From contig OZ250186.1 in NCBI GenBank assembly GCA_965238275.1, forward strand, positions 1,920,001 through 1,984,000: a stretch of 64,000 nt of DNA. Direction: 5' to 3'. The notes under the pieces are model-generated. The model saw nothing but the letters and a program-made list of their open reading frames with translations. It did no database searches and was not told where the DNA came from. The stretch is from Nitrosopumilus sp. (GTDB lineage: Archaea > Thermoproteota > Nitrososphaeria > Nitrososphaerales > Nitrosopumilaceae). The position numbers were made by a program, and so were the translations under genes. Positions 28,785-38,963 of this stretch are shown piece after piece; the first letter of the stretch is position 1, and each line of letters starts with the position of its first letter.

Positions 28785-30381
28785 AGAAGATATGCGTAAT
28801 CCGCCCATTTCGCCAACTCGGTCATAAAAAACCGGAAAAATACGGCCTAAAACTACTCGTGTCTGGCATGTGGCAAGTCCGTTCACCCCAAAATCCAAAA
28901 TGACGTGCGCAGCCTTGCAGCACTTCATCGTGCCCTGAATTCTACTTGACCGGAGCTTGGGAGCAGGCCCTGTCCCAGTCTACTGACGTCTTCCACTGCC
29001 CCGGTGGTGGCGGGCCCTTTTCCATGCAGTCCCACAAAAGATTCAGGTTTACCAGCCCTGTGATCACGTTGAACTCCCTGTTGAACCCGGCTGCGTTGCC
29101 GTCGTACGGGTCGGTGAGGCGCGCGTAGCGCTTGAGCCTGCCTATCGTGTGCTCCACCAACACCCGGGTGGAGTTGATCCTGTGGTTGTGCTTTTTTTGC
29201 TCCGGCGTCAGCGGCGTGTCCCTGGTCTTCTTGTGCGGGATCTCCGGCGTGGTGCCGGGCAGGTGGTCTGCGATTCCCTGGTAGCCGCGGTCGACGAATG
29301 GGTGGCACCTGTCTGATTCTGGCAGGTCCGGATCGTGCATCGCCTTCTCCCACTTTCCAAACGGCATGGGGCGTTCCTTGAGCAGCGTGATGTCGCCGAC
29401 TGACCCGACGGTGCTTTTTGATATGCCGATCACCACCCCGTTCCGGTTGGTGTACACGTTGGTATTGTTGGTAAACTTTTTCTTCTTGCCGGAGTATTTC
29501 ATGCGCCGGACTGACTTTACGGACGGGCGCTGTATGGGGCAGTGCGTGCCGTCTATGAAGATCTCGCCCCCATCCGATCCGGGCACGATCTTCTTGAAAT
29601 CTTCCCTGGTCGGGGCAGCAGCTACCTCCTCGGATATGTTGTCTGCCGTCGGAAGTATTCCTGCCAGCATCGCGTCCATCACAGGAAAGTACCGGGACAC
29701 GGTGGACTGGTCTATCCCGAAGAACGCGGCAAGCGTTCCCTGCGTGATGTTTTCCTTTTTGTGCATCAGCGCCATGAGCAGCGCGTGCCTCAGGTGCAGC
29801 TTGCACCGGTTTCCGGGATCGGAGGCCCGGGATGCGTTATCGCAGAACAGCGGCATCTGGCCCGAATGCGTCAGAAACACCTTGGCCCGCTCCAGCATGT
29901 ACCGGAACTGTTCCCCGTCTGCCAGCGTGGCATGGCGGAGCTTGTCCCCGTCGCGTATTATGTCGTCTAGCACCTCTAGCAGATGCAGCGCGGGCCCCTT
30001 GCCGGGGTTCCAGCCATCGTCCCTGCTCTTCCACAGGCCGCGCTCAAGGCCCAGCTCCCTGTCTTTCTGCTCCAGCTTTTTGTCTTTCTGCTTTAGAATA
30101 TTTTTTAGGCTTTTGTTTTCCTGCTCCAGCTTTTTGTCTTTCTGCTCCAGCTTTTTGTCTTTCTGCTTTAGAATATTTTTTAGGCTTTTGTTTTCCTGCT
30201 CCAGCTTTTTGTCTTTCTGCTCCAGCTTTTTGTCTTTCTGCTTTAGAATATTTTTTAGTCTTTTGTTTTCCTGCTGCAACTTGTATATGATCTGATCAGG
30301 CGAGTCTGGCATTTGATGTGAGACACGATCGTGCCTGATCTAAATTTATCGATGTGGACAGGGGGATTACGCATATTCTCT
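28785..30381 (-). mobile_element. IS5-family element type C
   Basis: TIR AGA(AG/GA)ATATGCGTAATCC; 3-bp TSD AAT. Confidence 0.9.
28942..30312 (-). CDS. IS5-family DDE transposase with N-terminal heptad-repeat coiled coil
   Basis: FIDGTH, YSGKKK, VDRGYQG, RVLVEHTIGRLK; repeats LEQKDKK/LEQENKSLKNILKQKDKK. Confidence 0.9.
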   Translation of the reverse strand: MPDSPDQIIYKLQQENKRLKNILKQKDKKLEQKDKKLEQENKSLKNILKQKDKKLEQKDKKLEQENKSLKNILKQKDKKLEQKDRELGLERGLWKSRDDGWNPGKGPALHLLEVLDDIIRDGDKLRHATLADGEQFRYMLERAKVFLTHSGQMPLFCDNASRASDPGNRCKLHLRHALLMALMHKKENITQGTLAAFFGIDQSTVSRYFPVMDAMLAGILPTADNISEEVAAAPTREDFKKIVPGSDGGEIFIDGTHCPIQRPSVKSVRRMKYSGKKKKFTNNTNVYTNRNGVVIGISKSTVGSVGDITLLKERPMPFGKWEKAMHDPDLPESDRCHPFVDRGYQGIADHLPGTTPEIPHKKTRDTPLTPEQKKHNHRINSTRVLVEHTIGRLKRYARLTDPYDGNAAGFNREFNVITGLVNLNLLWDCMEKGPPPPGQWKTSVDWDRACSQAPVK

Positions 30382-30402
30382 AATGGGTGCTTGGAGCATG
30401 TT

Positions 30403-30624
30403 TCATTTGTGGCTGTCTCGCTGCTGCACTAAACTGACTATCTTCGTCGTATAGCCTAACCACTCGTCATAACACGCTTCTTCTTCTGATTTTGCGCGCA
30501 CCATGCCGCCTGCGTGGCCGGCAATTTCGCATTTTTCGCGGCGGTTGGTTGCGTTTCCGAGCCTCTTGTCTGCGTCCCTCACTTTTTCTTCAAGCGATGC
30601 AAGCATGGAATCATACGATGTCAT
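30403..30624 (-). CDS. small hypothetical helical protein
   Basis: ATG overlaps stop of the ABC gene (ATGA); MTSYDSML...QRDSHK. Confidence 0.45.
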   Translation of the reverse strand: MTSYDSMLASLEEKVRDADKRLGNATNRREKCEIAGHAGGMVRAKSEEEACYDEWLGYTTKIVSLVQQRDSHK

Positions 30625-31451
30625 CTTCCAGCCCCGTCGCGGACTTTCCGCGCCAACTCCAGCACTTTCTCGTCTTCCGGGTGGCGGGGGTGCGGCAGGT
30701 CGTTTTTGATATCGGATGAAATCTCCCCGGGCCGCTTGGTGAACCGTATTATCCTCGTGCCAAGCACAGCGGCCTCCACAGGATCGTGCGTCACGAATAT
30801 TATGGTCTTGTTCGTGCGCTGCCAGATCAGCTGCAACTCCATCATCAGGTCGGTCTTGGTGGAATGATCCAACGCGGAGAACGGCTCGTCCATGAGCAGC
30901 ATGTCCGGATCCATCGCCAGTGCCCTGGCGATCGACACGCGCTGCTTCATGCCCGTGGACAACTGCTTGACGTACGTGTCGGCAAACGTGCTCAGGCTCA
31001 TCATGTCGAGGAACCTGGCCGATATCTTGGCGCGCTTTTCTTTTGGGATCTTTGCCATCCTCAGCCCGAACTCCACGTTGTCGCGCACGTCCAGCCACGG
31101 GAACAGCGTGTCCTCCTGGAACACCATTATTCGCTCCGGCGACGGGTCACCTATCTGTTTGCCGTACGACAGTATGCGGCCGCCGTCCGGTTCCATGAAG
31201 CCGCTAATCATGCGCAGCAGCGTGGACTTGCCACACCCGCTGGGCCCGGTAAGGCAGACGAACTCCCCCTCGCGGATCTTCAGGCTCACGTCCTTTAGCG
31301 CCAGCAGATCCCCGGCGACATGGTATGTCTTGCAAACGCTTACGCTTTCAATGGCATGCATGATGAACATCATGGCATGGTTTGTTAAAAACGCTCGCTT
31401 GATCCGACCATATATTAAATTTATATGATGTTTCGATGATAAAACAAGCAT
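30621..31451 (-). CDS. ABC transporter ATP-binding protein (TauB/SsuB/NrtD type); start likely ~31360
   Basis: Walker A GPSGCGKST, LSTGMKQRV, LLMDEPFSALD, FVTHD; no permease/SBP nearby. Confidence 0.93.
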   Translation of the reverse strand: MLVLSSKHHINLIYGRIKRAFLTNHAMMFIMHAIESVSVCKTYHVAGDLLALKDVSLKIREGEFVCLTGPSGCGKSTLLRMISGFMEPDGGRILSYGKQIGDPSPERIMVFQEDTLFPWLDVRDNVEFGLRMAKIPKEKRAKISARFLDMMSLSTFADTYVKQLSTGMKQRVSIARALAMDPDMLLMDEPFSALDHSTKTDLMMELQLIWQRTNKTIIFVTHDPVEAAVLGTRIIRFTKRPGEISSDIKNDLPHPRHPEDEKVLELARKVRDGAGR

Positions 31452-32070
31452 GGGAATCGGTCAGTGCGAGTCATGCTCTGGAAAAACACATACTGCATTG
31501 CGTCTATGTGAAACGTGCGCAAATACACAGGACAGGTGTGCACAATGCGGGGAACACAGACCCAAAGTCGAAGGGCTTATGGTGTGTGAAAATTGCGACA
31601 ATCGCTAGCCCTAGATGAGACTTTTGTAAATTGGCCGTGTCATTTCTTGCGCCGGCGCCTGTCCCTCACGCCGCCTAACAAGTCGGCGTAGTCGCGATTC
31701 TGCCACACCGTGTATCATTTCTTTCCCCGTATAGGGGTAAGTCAGCTCTGGTAAATTCTAGTGATTTGATCACCGAAATCTACCACCAAGGCGCGTGTGT
31801 GGTCCAGCTCACTTTTGAACAGCATTATTGGGGGCATGACACTTTTGAACACCCTGACGACATGCGGTGGGGACGAATCTGGAGAAGATCCTAAAATGCA
31901 CTTTTGAACAGCGAACATTAGAGATCACTAGAATTTAACAGAGCCCCCAAGGACATGTTGTTGCAGTTGATCGTATTTGACTACAAAAGGTTGCCAGAAC
32001 CCCCACTGTCGGTGCTACCGTGAGTTACTTCTGGGAAGACTAGGGTTTGAAGAAAATTTAAAAGAAACAA

Positions 32071-32265
32071 ATGACAATTACATTCATGAGCAATAATGAT
32101 GATTTGGACAAAGCCAGACAAGTCGCGAATGACATGATAAACACGCTAGAAGAAGCAGACCAAGCCTTGGAGAATGCAGAAACCATTGAAGAAGCAAGAC
32201 AAATTTGCGGTGAAATAGAGTCCGATGCACGAAACCTACAGAATGAATTGCCAGACACTGCATAG
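32071..32265 (+). CDS. small acidic helical protein (E2 cargo)
   Basis: 64 aa, D/E-rich amphipathic helices, low GC, 2 bp before next ORF. Confidence 0.6.
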   Translation: MTITFMSNNDDLDKARQVANDMINTLEEADQALENAETIEEARQICGEIESDARNLQNELPDTA

Positions 32266-32267
32266 AA

Positions 32268-32855
32268 TTGGCCAACGAAAAAGACACTATAGAACAGATA
32301 CGTGCAAAAATACGCGAGTATGTTGGAAAATTAACGGAACTGCTGTCTGGCGGACCGCGCAATCCGGAAGAGATTGCGTATTTCATCAATCAGGTTGCAG
32401 AATTGCTAAACGTTGGCTGGGTTTTTCGGTGGTTTACCTTGAACTACAAACGGATGCTGGATGTGGCAGGCTTGTCGTTTTGCATCGCCGGCATCATGTT
32501 GTTGATGTTTGGCAATGATTTCACGGTTCCAAATGTTGTCTGGCTTTCAGTGCTTGTCTTCACTACGGCTGGCTGGGGCGTTTTCCTCCTGATGTTTCCC
32601 GGCCCGGCTTCCTTTGGAACGAAGCCAAAGACCAAAATCGACGCCGCGTGGTGCCTGGCGTTCATGGCGTGGATGGCGTTTGTTGCGCTTGGCGTTACGG
32701 CAGCAGCGATACAGACGGCAAACCGCGGATTCGCTGATCCTGCCGGTTATGTCGTGGTGGCTGCTGCTGTATTGGCCACTTACAGGGTGGCAGTGCCTAG
32801 AATGGTATTTGGGGCCAACGCCGCATCGATTTTACGCGGAAGATCCATCAAATAG
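32268..32855 (+). CDS. four-TM membrane protein with soluble N-terminus (E2 cargo)
   Basis: Four hydrophobic segments; operon-like with 32071. Confidence 0.65.
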   Translation: MANEKDTIEQIRAKIREYVGKLTELLSGGPRNPEEIAYFINQVAELLNVGWVFRWFTLNYKRMLDVAGLSFCIAGIMLLMFGNDFTVPNVVWLSVLVFTTAGWGVFLLMFPGPASFGTKPKTKIDAAWCLAFMAWMAFVALGVTAAAIQTANRGFADPAGYVVVAAAVLATYRVAVPRMVFGANAASILRGRSIK

Positions 32856-33230
32856 CTGGCACTACAGGCGGCTCTGGAACTTTTAGTGATCTGATCACCA
32901 AAATTTAACACCAAGGTTCAGATGCCGTTCATCTCACTTTTGAACAGACTTTTGGAATGCACCACACCTGAACACCATGATGAAATATAGTGAAATCAAA
33001 TCTGGAGAAGAACCAAAAACGCACTTTTGAACAGTAAACATTCGAGATCACCAAAATTTAACAGAGCCTGATTTGGGAAAAACACACAAAGAGTTAACAG
33101 AGTGCATCCACGCAAAGGTAACAAGCCCTGACGCCCATGTGCCTATGAGGATAATTCACAAATCCGCCTGCCGCCTGCATGTGGCACCAAATACACAAAA
33201 CGCCATGAAAAACCCCATGCAACAAATCCA

Positions 33231-34106
33231 TTACAGATCCCGAAACTTTACCATGTTGTAAAAGTACGACGCGTTTGTCTGGATGGATCCCCTGCGTGGA
33301 ATCTTCTGCAGTCCGACGTTCTTTGAGTCGAGTGCCGCCTGGGCGGCGCCCCCGGCAAAGCAGAGTGCCCACAAAAAGTCCCTCTCCCTGAGCATGGTAC
33401 AGCAGAATGCCGCACAAAAGATGTCGCCAATGCCGGTCGTGTCGTGAATGCGCTTGCTTGGGATGGTAATGGAGTATATCTTGTCCTCCACCAGAAGCGA
33501 GACTTCTGTCTTGTCTGTCAGCAGGACGTATTTGGCTCCCTTCTTCTGGAGCGCCCTCATCATGTCTGTGCCGGTTCCCCCGTCAACCATGCATCTGGCC
33601 TCGTCAGGATTGACCTTGATGGCGTCGACTCCGGACAGGTCAAGATCCGTACCCTCTAGTATTATGCGGTTTTGCGGATCCGTCCCCCTTAGAAACCCCT
33701 GTGGATCAACAAGAAGAAAGCTAGAGTCGCCCTTGATTCCCTCAAAGACATCGTCGGATATCTCGTGAAATATCGGGCTCACTATGTGCCCGTCTGCATC
33801 CGTCTTAGAGTACGGTATCGGCTCGCACCGGTTTTCAAGCACGAGCGTCCTGTCTGCCCCGTCAATGGCGATGGCAAACCTGGTGGTTCCCCTGTCAGAT
33901 TCGCATCCTGTGTGGCTTATCTTGTTCTCTGCGAGGTACTGGCTTGGAAAGTCTGCGCCGAACCTTGTATGCAAGTCTACATCAAACTTGAACTGCCTGG
34001 CAGTAATCCCGCAGTAGCATGCAGGGCCGCCAATCTGTTTATACCTTTCCCCGCCGATTGTGATCGTGTCTATTGCGCAGTGGGCAAAGATGGACAGCTT
34101 CACCAT
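33231..34106 (-). CDS. PfkB-family carbohydrate kinase
   Basis: GGPACY, VDPQG, KVNPDE, DTTGIGDIF. Confidence 0.92.
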   Translation of the reverse strand: MVKLSIFAHCAIDTITIGGERYKQIGGPACYCGITARQFKFDVDLHTRFGADFPSQYLAENKISHTGCESDRGTTRFAIAIDGADRTLVLENRCEPIPYSKTDADGHIVSPIFHEISDDVFEGIKGDSSFLLVDPQGFLRGTDPQNRIILEGTDLDLSGVDAIKVNPDEARCMVDGGTGTDMMRALQKKGAKYVLLTDKTEVSLLVEDKIYSITIPSKRIHDTTGIGDIFCAAFCCTMLRERDFLWALCFAGGAAQAALDSKNVGLQKIPRRGSIQTNASYFYNMVKFRDL

Positions 34107-34393
34107 CTACACAGTCATGATATGGGATTTAGTTTTTTGCATTTTCCTTTTCGCAACAGTCCCTGCAGATGATTTTTCTCTTTAGTACCACCAAATCCAT
34201 TCCCGAGCGTAGGCATTCATGACACAGACCGCGCATTACATATCACCTATAATTACGCCATCCATGCTTAAAAGATGCTACTGCGGCGCGACGCAAAAGT
34301 CCATTCAAAACAAAAGAAAGCGGTAGTGCGTGGGGTCATGGCGGTTCGGGACCCGTCAATACAAGGAAAAGATTTTTCTGCCCGGCCTCTGGA

Positions 34394-34981
34394 TTGCCCG
34401 TATTGAGAACCGCCCTTCTGGCACTTGTTGTACTGTTTCTTGTACTGGTTCCGTTGTCCGTGTGGCTGACAGAGGGATCTGGCAGCGTAGACGGGATCCC
34501 GACAGGCGGCCCTGTTGTCTTGGGAGTCACAATCGCGTTATCCATAATGTCGTGGTCGGCCTTTTCGTGGACATCCAAGAGATTCAGCCTTTCTGGAGTC
34601 CTGCTCTGCGTAATTACGGGTGCGTCCCTTGTGCTCCCGTTCCTCAGTGTTCTTGGGCCGTTTGCCGGGATCATCGTGGGGATTGTCGCGGGATTTTCGG
34701 CCTCGCGGCTGCAAAGAAGGATGGAGGATCCCTCGCAGAATCGACAGTTGAAGCTGGCCGTCATGACGCTTGTTGCAGCATATATTGGCTTAACGGCAGT
34801 TGCCTTGGGAGCGTCTAGTCCGCACATCTGGGACACCGGCGATGGCATCGGCGCATGGACAGGCACTCCGGAAGGAATGGAGCAGCAGGTTCTTCCGTTC
34901 GACCTTGTTGGGCTTGTCCCGCTTTTGGCGTCTGCCACGTCCTTGGGGGCAACCGTACTGCTAATCCGGGTCCGGAAGTGA
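34394..34981 (+). CDS. hypothetical multi-pass membrane protein
   Basis: Five to six hydrophobic segments. Confidence 0.6.
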   Translation: MPVLRTALLALVVLFLVLVPLSVWLTEGSGSVDGIPTGGPVVLGVTIALSIMSWSAFSWTSKRFSLSGVLLCVITGASLVLPFLSVLGPFAGIIVGIVAGFSASRLQRRMEDPSQNRQLKLAVMTLVAAYIGLTAVALGASSPHIWDTGDGIGAWTGTPEGMEQQVLPFDLVGLVPLLASATSLGATVLLIRVRK

Positions 34982-35238
34982 GGCCTGGAAGTATTCTGTC
35001 CGGGACGGAACCATTTTTTTGTACAGTTCTCATCAAATACGACAACCGGTTCACGCCAGTCGTCCTGCATGCGCATTTCCCAGACACGGCCAGGCATCCG
35101 AGCATGGCGTACGATATCTGCACAGACTTTTGCGTGCCGCTGTGATTAGGTCCGGTGGCGTGTGGCATGTGGCAGGCAGGAAGAGACCATACCTGCACAC
35201 ATTCTCAAGTATAAATAGCGTCTATTCCATGCCCTGTT

Positions 35239-35451
35239 ATGGGAGTAATATCCAAAGGTGCAAAGTGCAATGTGGACGGGTGTGACCTGGATGGTGCGCG
35301 ATCCATTAACACGCTGCGGGTGCAGAGTGCGGGGCTTCGCGTAAGCTCTGCCGGGAAGAAGGCCGTGTTGTGCAAGGAGCACTACAAGGAATGGAAGAAG
35401 GAGTCAAAGGATGATCGTGACCTTGAGCGCGCCAGGTATGACAGATTTTAG
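35239..35451 (+). CDS. small conserved Zn-binding protein
   Basis: CNVDGC...LCKEHYKEWKK; AT-rich promoter-like TATAAATA upstream. Confidence 0.7.
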   Translation: MGVISKGAKCNVDGCDLDGARSINTLRVQSAGLRVSSAGKKAVLCKEHYKEWKKESKDDRDLERARYDRF

Positions 35452-35528
35452 CCTGTCTGTGTTCTTGATGTGATGGGAATTAATTCCGCCTTGATTTGGC
35501 CAATGATGCCATTCCCAACCGACGCCTG

Positions 35529-36706
35529 CTATGCATTCTTGTGTGAGTCTTTTGAGATCTTTTTACGGACGGGATTATCAAAGTAGTCCCTGCTGAGCCT
35601 GTCATACATGCTGCCTATCCTTTTGTACAGCCTTTTTGGCTTCCTTGGCTTCTGGCCGCTAAGCACGTACAGTGCCAGAATGGGAAACGCGATGGTCACA
35701 TCAGCATACACTGTCACCATTCCCTGGTGCGCGTCCTGAACCTTGCCCCAGCTCTTTCCCTCCTGCAGCGTGGCACCTGACAGCCCTCCCGTGTCGGGCC
35801 GTGCGTCTGTAATCTGAATGATGTAGTCCTGTCCCCCGTCGTCTCTTCTGAGTATCTGGTCAAGCAGCGGTCCTGTCTGCTGGGCCGTGTTCTTTGGGAC
35901 CCCTCCCCCCAGTTCCAGAATGCCTGACTTTTCAGAGTCGTACAGGAGTTGGCCGCGCGCGCCTCCCTACACTGTCACCATTCCCTGGTGCGCGTCCTGA
36001 ACCTTTGCTGCCTGCTCGATTATCTCCCTTACAAAATCCAGGTTGTACCTCTTGTCTCTTAGACGGTGGACGGCCAGGTTGAGGGCCAGCGAAGAGTCCT
36101 TTATGGTGGATATGTACACTTTTCAGAGTCGTACAGGATTGCTGCCACGTCGTACTCGTATGCTGCCGTGACAAAGCTCTTCTCGGGATGTTTTGCGTTC
36201 TCTGCACTGATCCTTCCCATCATGTTGCAAAACTCTGCAGTCGTAAACGGCCTGTCCGTCATGCCTGCCCCGATCTTTTGGATTATCTGATCCTCTGCCT
36301 CCAGCGTCTCATAAAACTTGATAAACACGTCCCTGATCCTGACGATCTCGTTTTGATACAGCCTCATATCGTCCACCTGGGAGCTTCCCTGCTTCACCGG
36401 CAGCCCCCACGCAAAATGATCCTCGTGGTATACGTTGGCGCCCGTGGTAATTATCCAGTCTACAAACCCCCTCTCAATGAGCGTCTTTATTATTCCCCCG
36501 AATCCGACCGGCGTCAAGGCCCCTGACACTGTAAGGCAGATGGTCGCATCCTCCTGGATCATCCGGGCATACAGCTTTGCAGCCTCCCCAAGCTTCCTTC
36601 CGTTGAACCCCGAACCCTCAAAGACGTCCACCAGATCCCCTATGCCCATGCCGGGCTCAAGCTTGATGTGCGGTATGTCTTTTCCATGAAACTCGTGCGG
36701 GTTCAC
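35529..36706 (-). pseudogene. dys: deoxyhypusine synthase, apparently disrupted by patchwork insertions (probably artefactual)
   Basis: GALTPVG, ITTGANVYHE; middle part encodes GGGVPKN and TGGLSGATLQEGKSWGK; frame broken at 35948-36004 and 36118-36146. Confidence 0.88.
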
Positions 36707-36852
36707 ATCTGAAAAATAATCTGTACTGTAATAATACTTGCTGGTTGGAGGACTCGCTTGGGTTCAGAGGCGTGCCGGGATCCGGTTGCGTGCGTCGGCC
36801 CATGCCAGACTACTACTTGGTTTGCATCTGAATGCGGCATCCCAAATTGGGC

Positions 36853-37317
36853 TCAGAACATGATATAGTCAAGGGCAGACGCATCACTGATCAGTCTTGT
36901 GTGCCTGGTGCCCAGAACGTAGCCGTTTTTGATATCAACCACCGGAATCCATCGGTTGGTGGATGTGTAGTGCCTCTTTTCTGCAAGCTCGCGCTCTATT
37001 GCCTCTATGTTAAACTCGCCCTCCTCCACCTCCTGCGTGGTAAGGTGCTTGATTGTGATTAGAATCTTGGTAACCTTTACCCTGTCTCCAAACTTCCATC
37101 TTGAGGTCGGTATCTCGTCGGAGACCTCCAGAACCTTGATCTTCATCTGTTTCTTTCCAAACGCGTCGTGGCTGACCAGCGTCTTTTCATCCGTAAACTC
37201 TTCAAAACTGATCCTGGAGTTTACCTCTGCATCAGATATTGTATCCAGCAACGATTTTGAGTCTAATCCGGGGGGAGATGCATCGGACTCGTTATCACTC
37301 ATGGGTTGAATCCACAT
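36853..37317 (-). CDS. conserved hypothetical protein
   Basis: Clean 154-aa ORF with host-like composition. Confidence 0.6.
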   Translation of the reverse strand: MWIQPMSDNESDASPPGLDSKSLLDTISDAEVNSRISFEEFTDEKTLVSHDAFGKKQMKIKVLEVSDEIPTSRWKFGDRVKVTKILITIKHLTTQEVEEGEFNIEAIERELAEKRHYTSTNRWIPVVDIKNGYVLGTRHTRLISDASALDYIMF

Positions 37318-37569
37318 TCATCATTAAAAACGGTTTGCAAACCTAGTGGCACTACCCCCATGGCAGATATTGGAATGCGGACTAGGCATGCAGCATGTAT
37401 CGAATGCGTGTTGTACCCCACTTTGAGCTGGAACCATTAATAACGTAGAATCATATACAATACATGGGGAGTGACACAGCTGAAGAGTGAATACGAGTAC
37501 GTAATGTCCATAAGCGATAAACTGGGTAAGTATCTGGGAGATTGGATGTCTGTAGTTGATGAGGATATA

Positions 37570-38963
37570 TACCAGCAATGAAAAATTCATATCAAAATCG
37601 CTCATAAATTTTTGATGCAACAGCCGTCTCTGGAAATTACGAGGTGCGTTGAATTCCCAAATGACGAGAAAAGACGCCCCGAACATTAGACATTGCATGC
37701 TCTGGTGCGCCGTGCATGGCACACGCTAGGCGGCGTGGGTCCGGTGCGGTTTGATGTCGTTCTAGATGGCCCTGTACAGAAAGTTTTCAACGACCAGATT
37801 CGGTTTTTTGTACCTCGTGTACCTGGTGATCGCCTCGCGGAGCATGCTCAGGCTGGTGTACGGCACGTCAAGCACTGCCCGTTTGAGATCCCTCCAGTAC
37901 GTCTCTATGGCGCTCAGGTCCGGGGTCGCAGTTGGCAGGAAGACTATCTCCAGGCCGTCTGTGCCATCAAGCAGTTTGCGTATGTTTGATGCCCTGTGCT
38001 GGGAGGCCTTGTCCATGATCAGGCAGATCTTCTTGAACCTGTACATCGCCTGCCTTAGAAAGTCCTCAAAGGTGTCCTTGGTAAACGCGTCGTACTGCCG
38101 GAACATGCCCCTGCCGTCCGTGGTGATTAGTCCATGGATTATCGTCTTGGAGTGTGAGCCGGTGTACGTGAAAAACGCCCGTATTCGTAACTGTTCGGTT
38201 TCCCGAAGTCACCTCATGATCTAGGCACGAATCTATCATGGAACGACCGTTTTTATCGGCAAAACGTGATTTTTTCGTGCCTGTGGTTGGTTTTACTTCG
38301 GGAAACCGATCAGTTACCCGTATTCCCTTCCTGGTGTAGCCGCGTCTTCGCGGCCGCGCATCGGAGATTACTATGGACTCGTCCTGTATCGCTACGACTG
38401 TTCCTTCACTGTTCTTTTTTTTATAAGCTCTGGCATCTCTTTTTGGAATTTCCTGATCTCCTCGTCAGGCGCCCTTCTTGCATGTTTTCCTACTGGAACC
38501 TTCTGGGAATAGCCCCACCCGCGCAGTATCTGGCGCACATATCCGAGTTCGTACCTTACTCCGGTCTTCTGTTGGATGTATTGCTGCATCTCCATGCCCG
38601 TCCAGACAGGTTTCCTGCATGCGGCCTTTCTGATCTTCTTCATGTCTGCCTTGCTCGCCTTGGTCGGCCTGCCGGAACGCGGCATGTTTCCCAGCCTGTC
38701 AAATCCAACTTCCAGGTAGCGCTCGTGCCACTTGTAGCCCCACGAGGCTGACTTTCCCAGGGATTTTGCAGAATCCCTCATGGTTATCCCGTCACGTTTG
38801 ACTCTGATGATCAGCATCATGCGGTCCTTGGTATCGCAGTCTGTCTCAGCGGCGTATCTTTTCAACATCGTCTTGATCTTCATTGACTATGCTACGTGAA
38901 ATAAGCATAATTTCACATGGAGTTAAAATATTTTACAATCACATCAATTTTTCATCTTTGGTA
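37570..38963 (-). mobile_element. IS630-family element (orfA 38392..38883, orfB to 37762), interrupted by a MITE
   Basis: TIR TACCA(GCA/AAG)ATGAAAAATT, TA TSD; HTH orfA ending at an A8 slippery run; MDKASQH, PDLSAIETYW. Confidence 0.92.
38187..38317. mobile_element. 131-bp IS66-type MITE
   Basis: TIR GTAACTG(T/A)TCGGTTTCCCGAAGT; 8-bp TSD CCGTATTC at 38179-38186 and 38318-38325. Confidence 0.93.

Larger units (their letters stand above)
28532..31945. mobile_element. non-autonomous cargo transposon E3 nested in E2
   Basis: Termini GGCTCTGTTAAATTCTAGTGATCTCT (left unit truncated at ~28594; right unit 31744-31945); 8-bp TSD CCCAAGGA at 28524-28531 and 31946-31953. Confidence 0.9.
28325..33068. 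mobile_element. non-autonomous cargo transposon E2 with 199-bp inverted termini
   Basis: 28325-28523 and 32870-33068 are inverted, one mismatch seen; 8-bp TSD TGATTTGG at 28317-28324 and 33069-33076. Confidence 0.92.
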
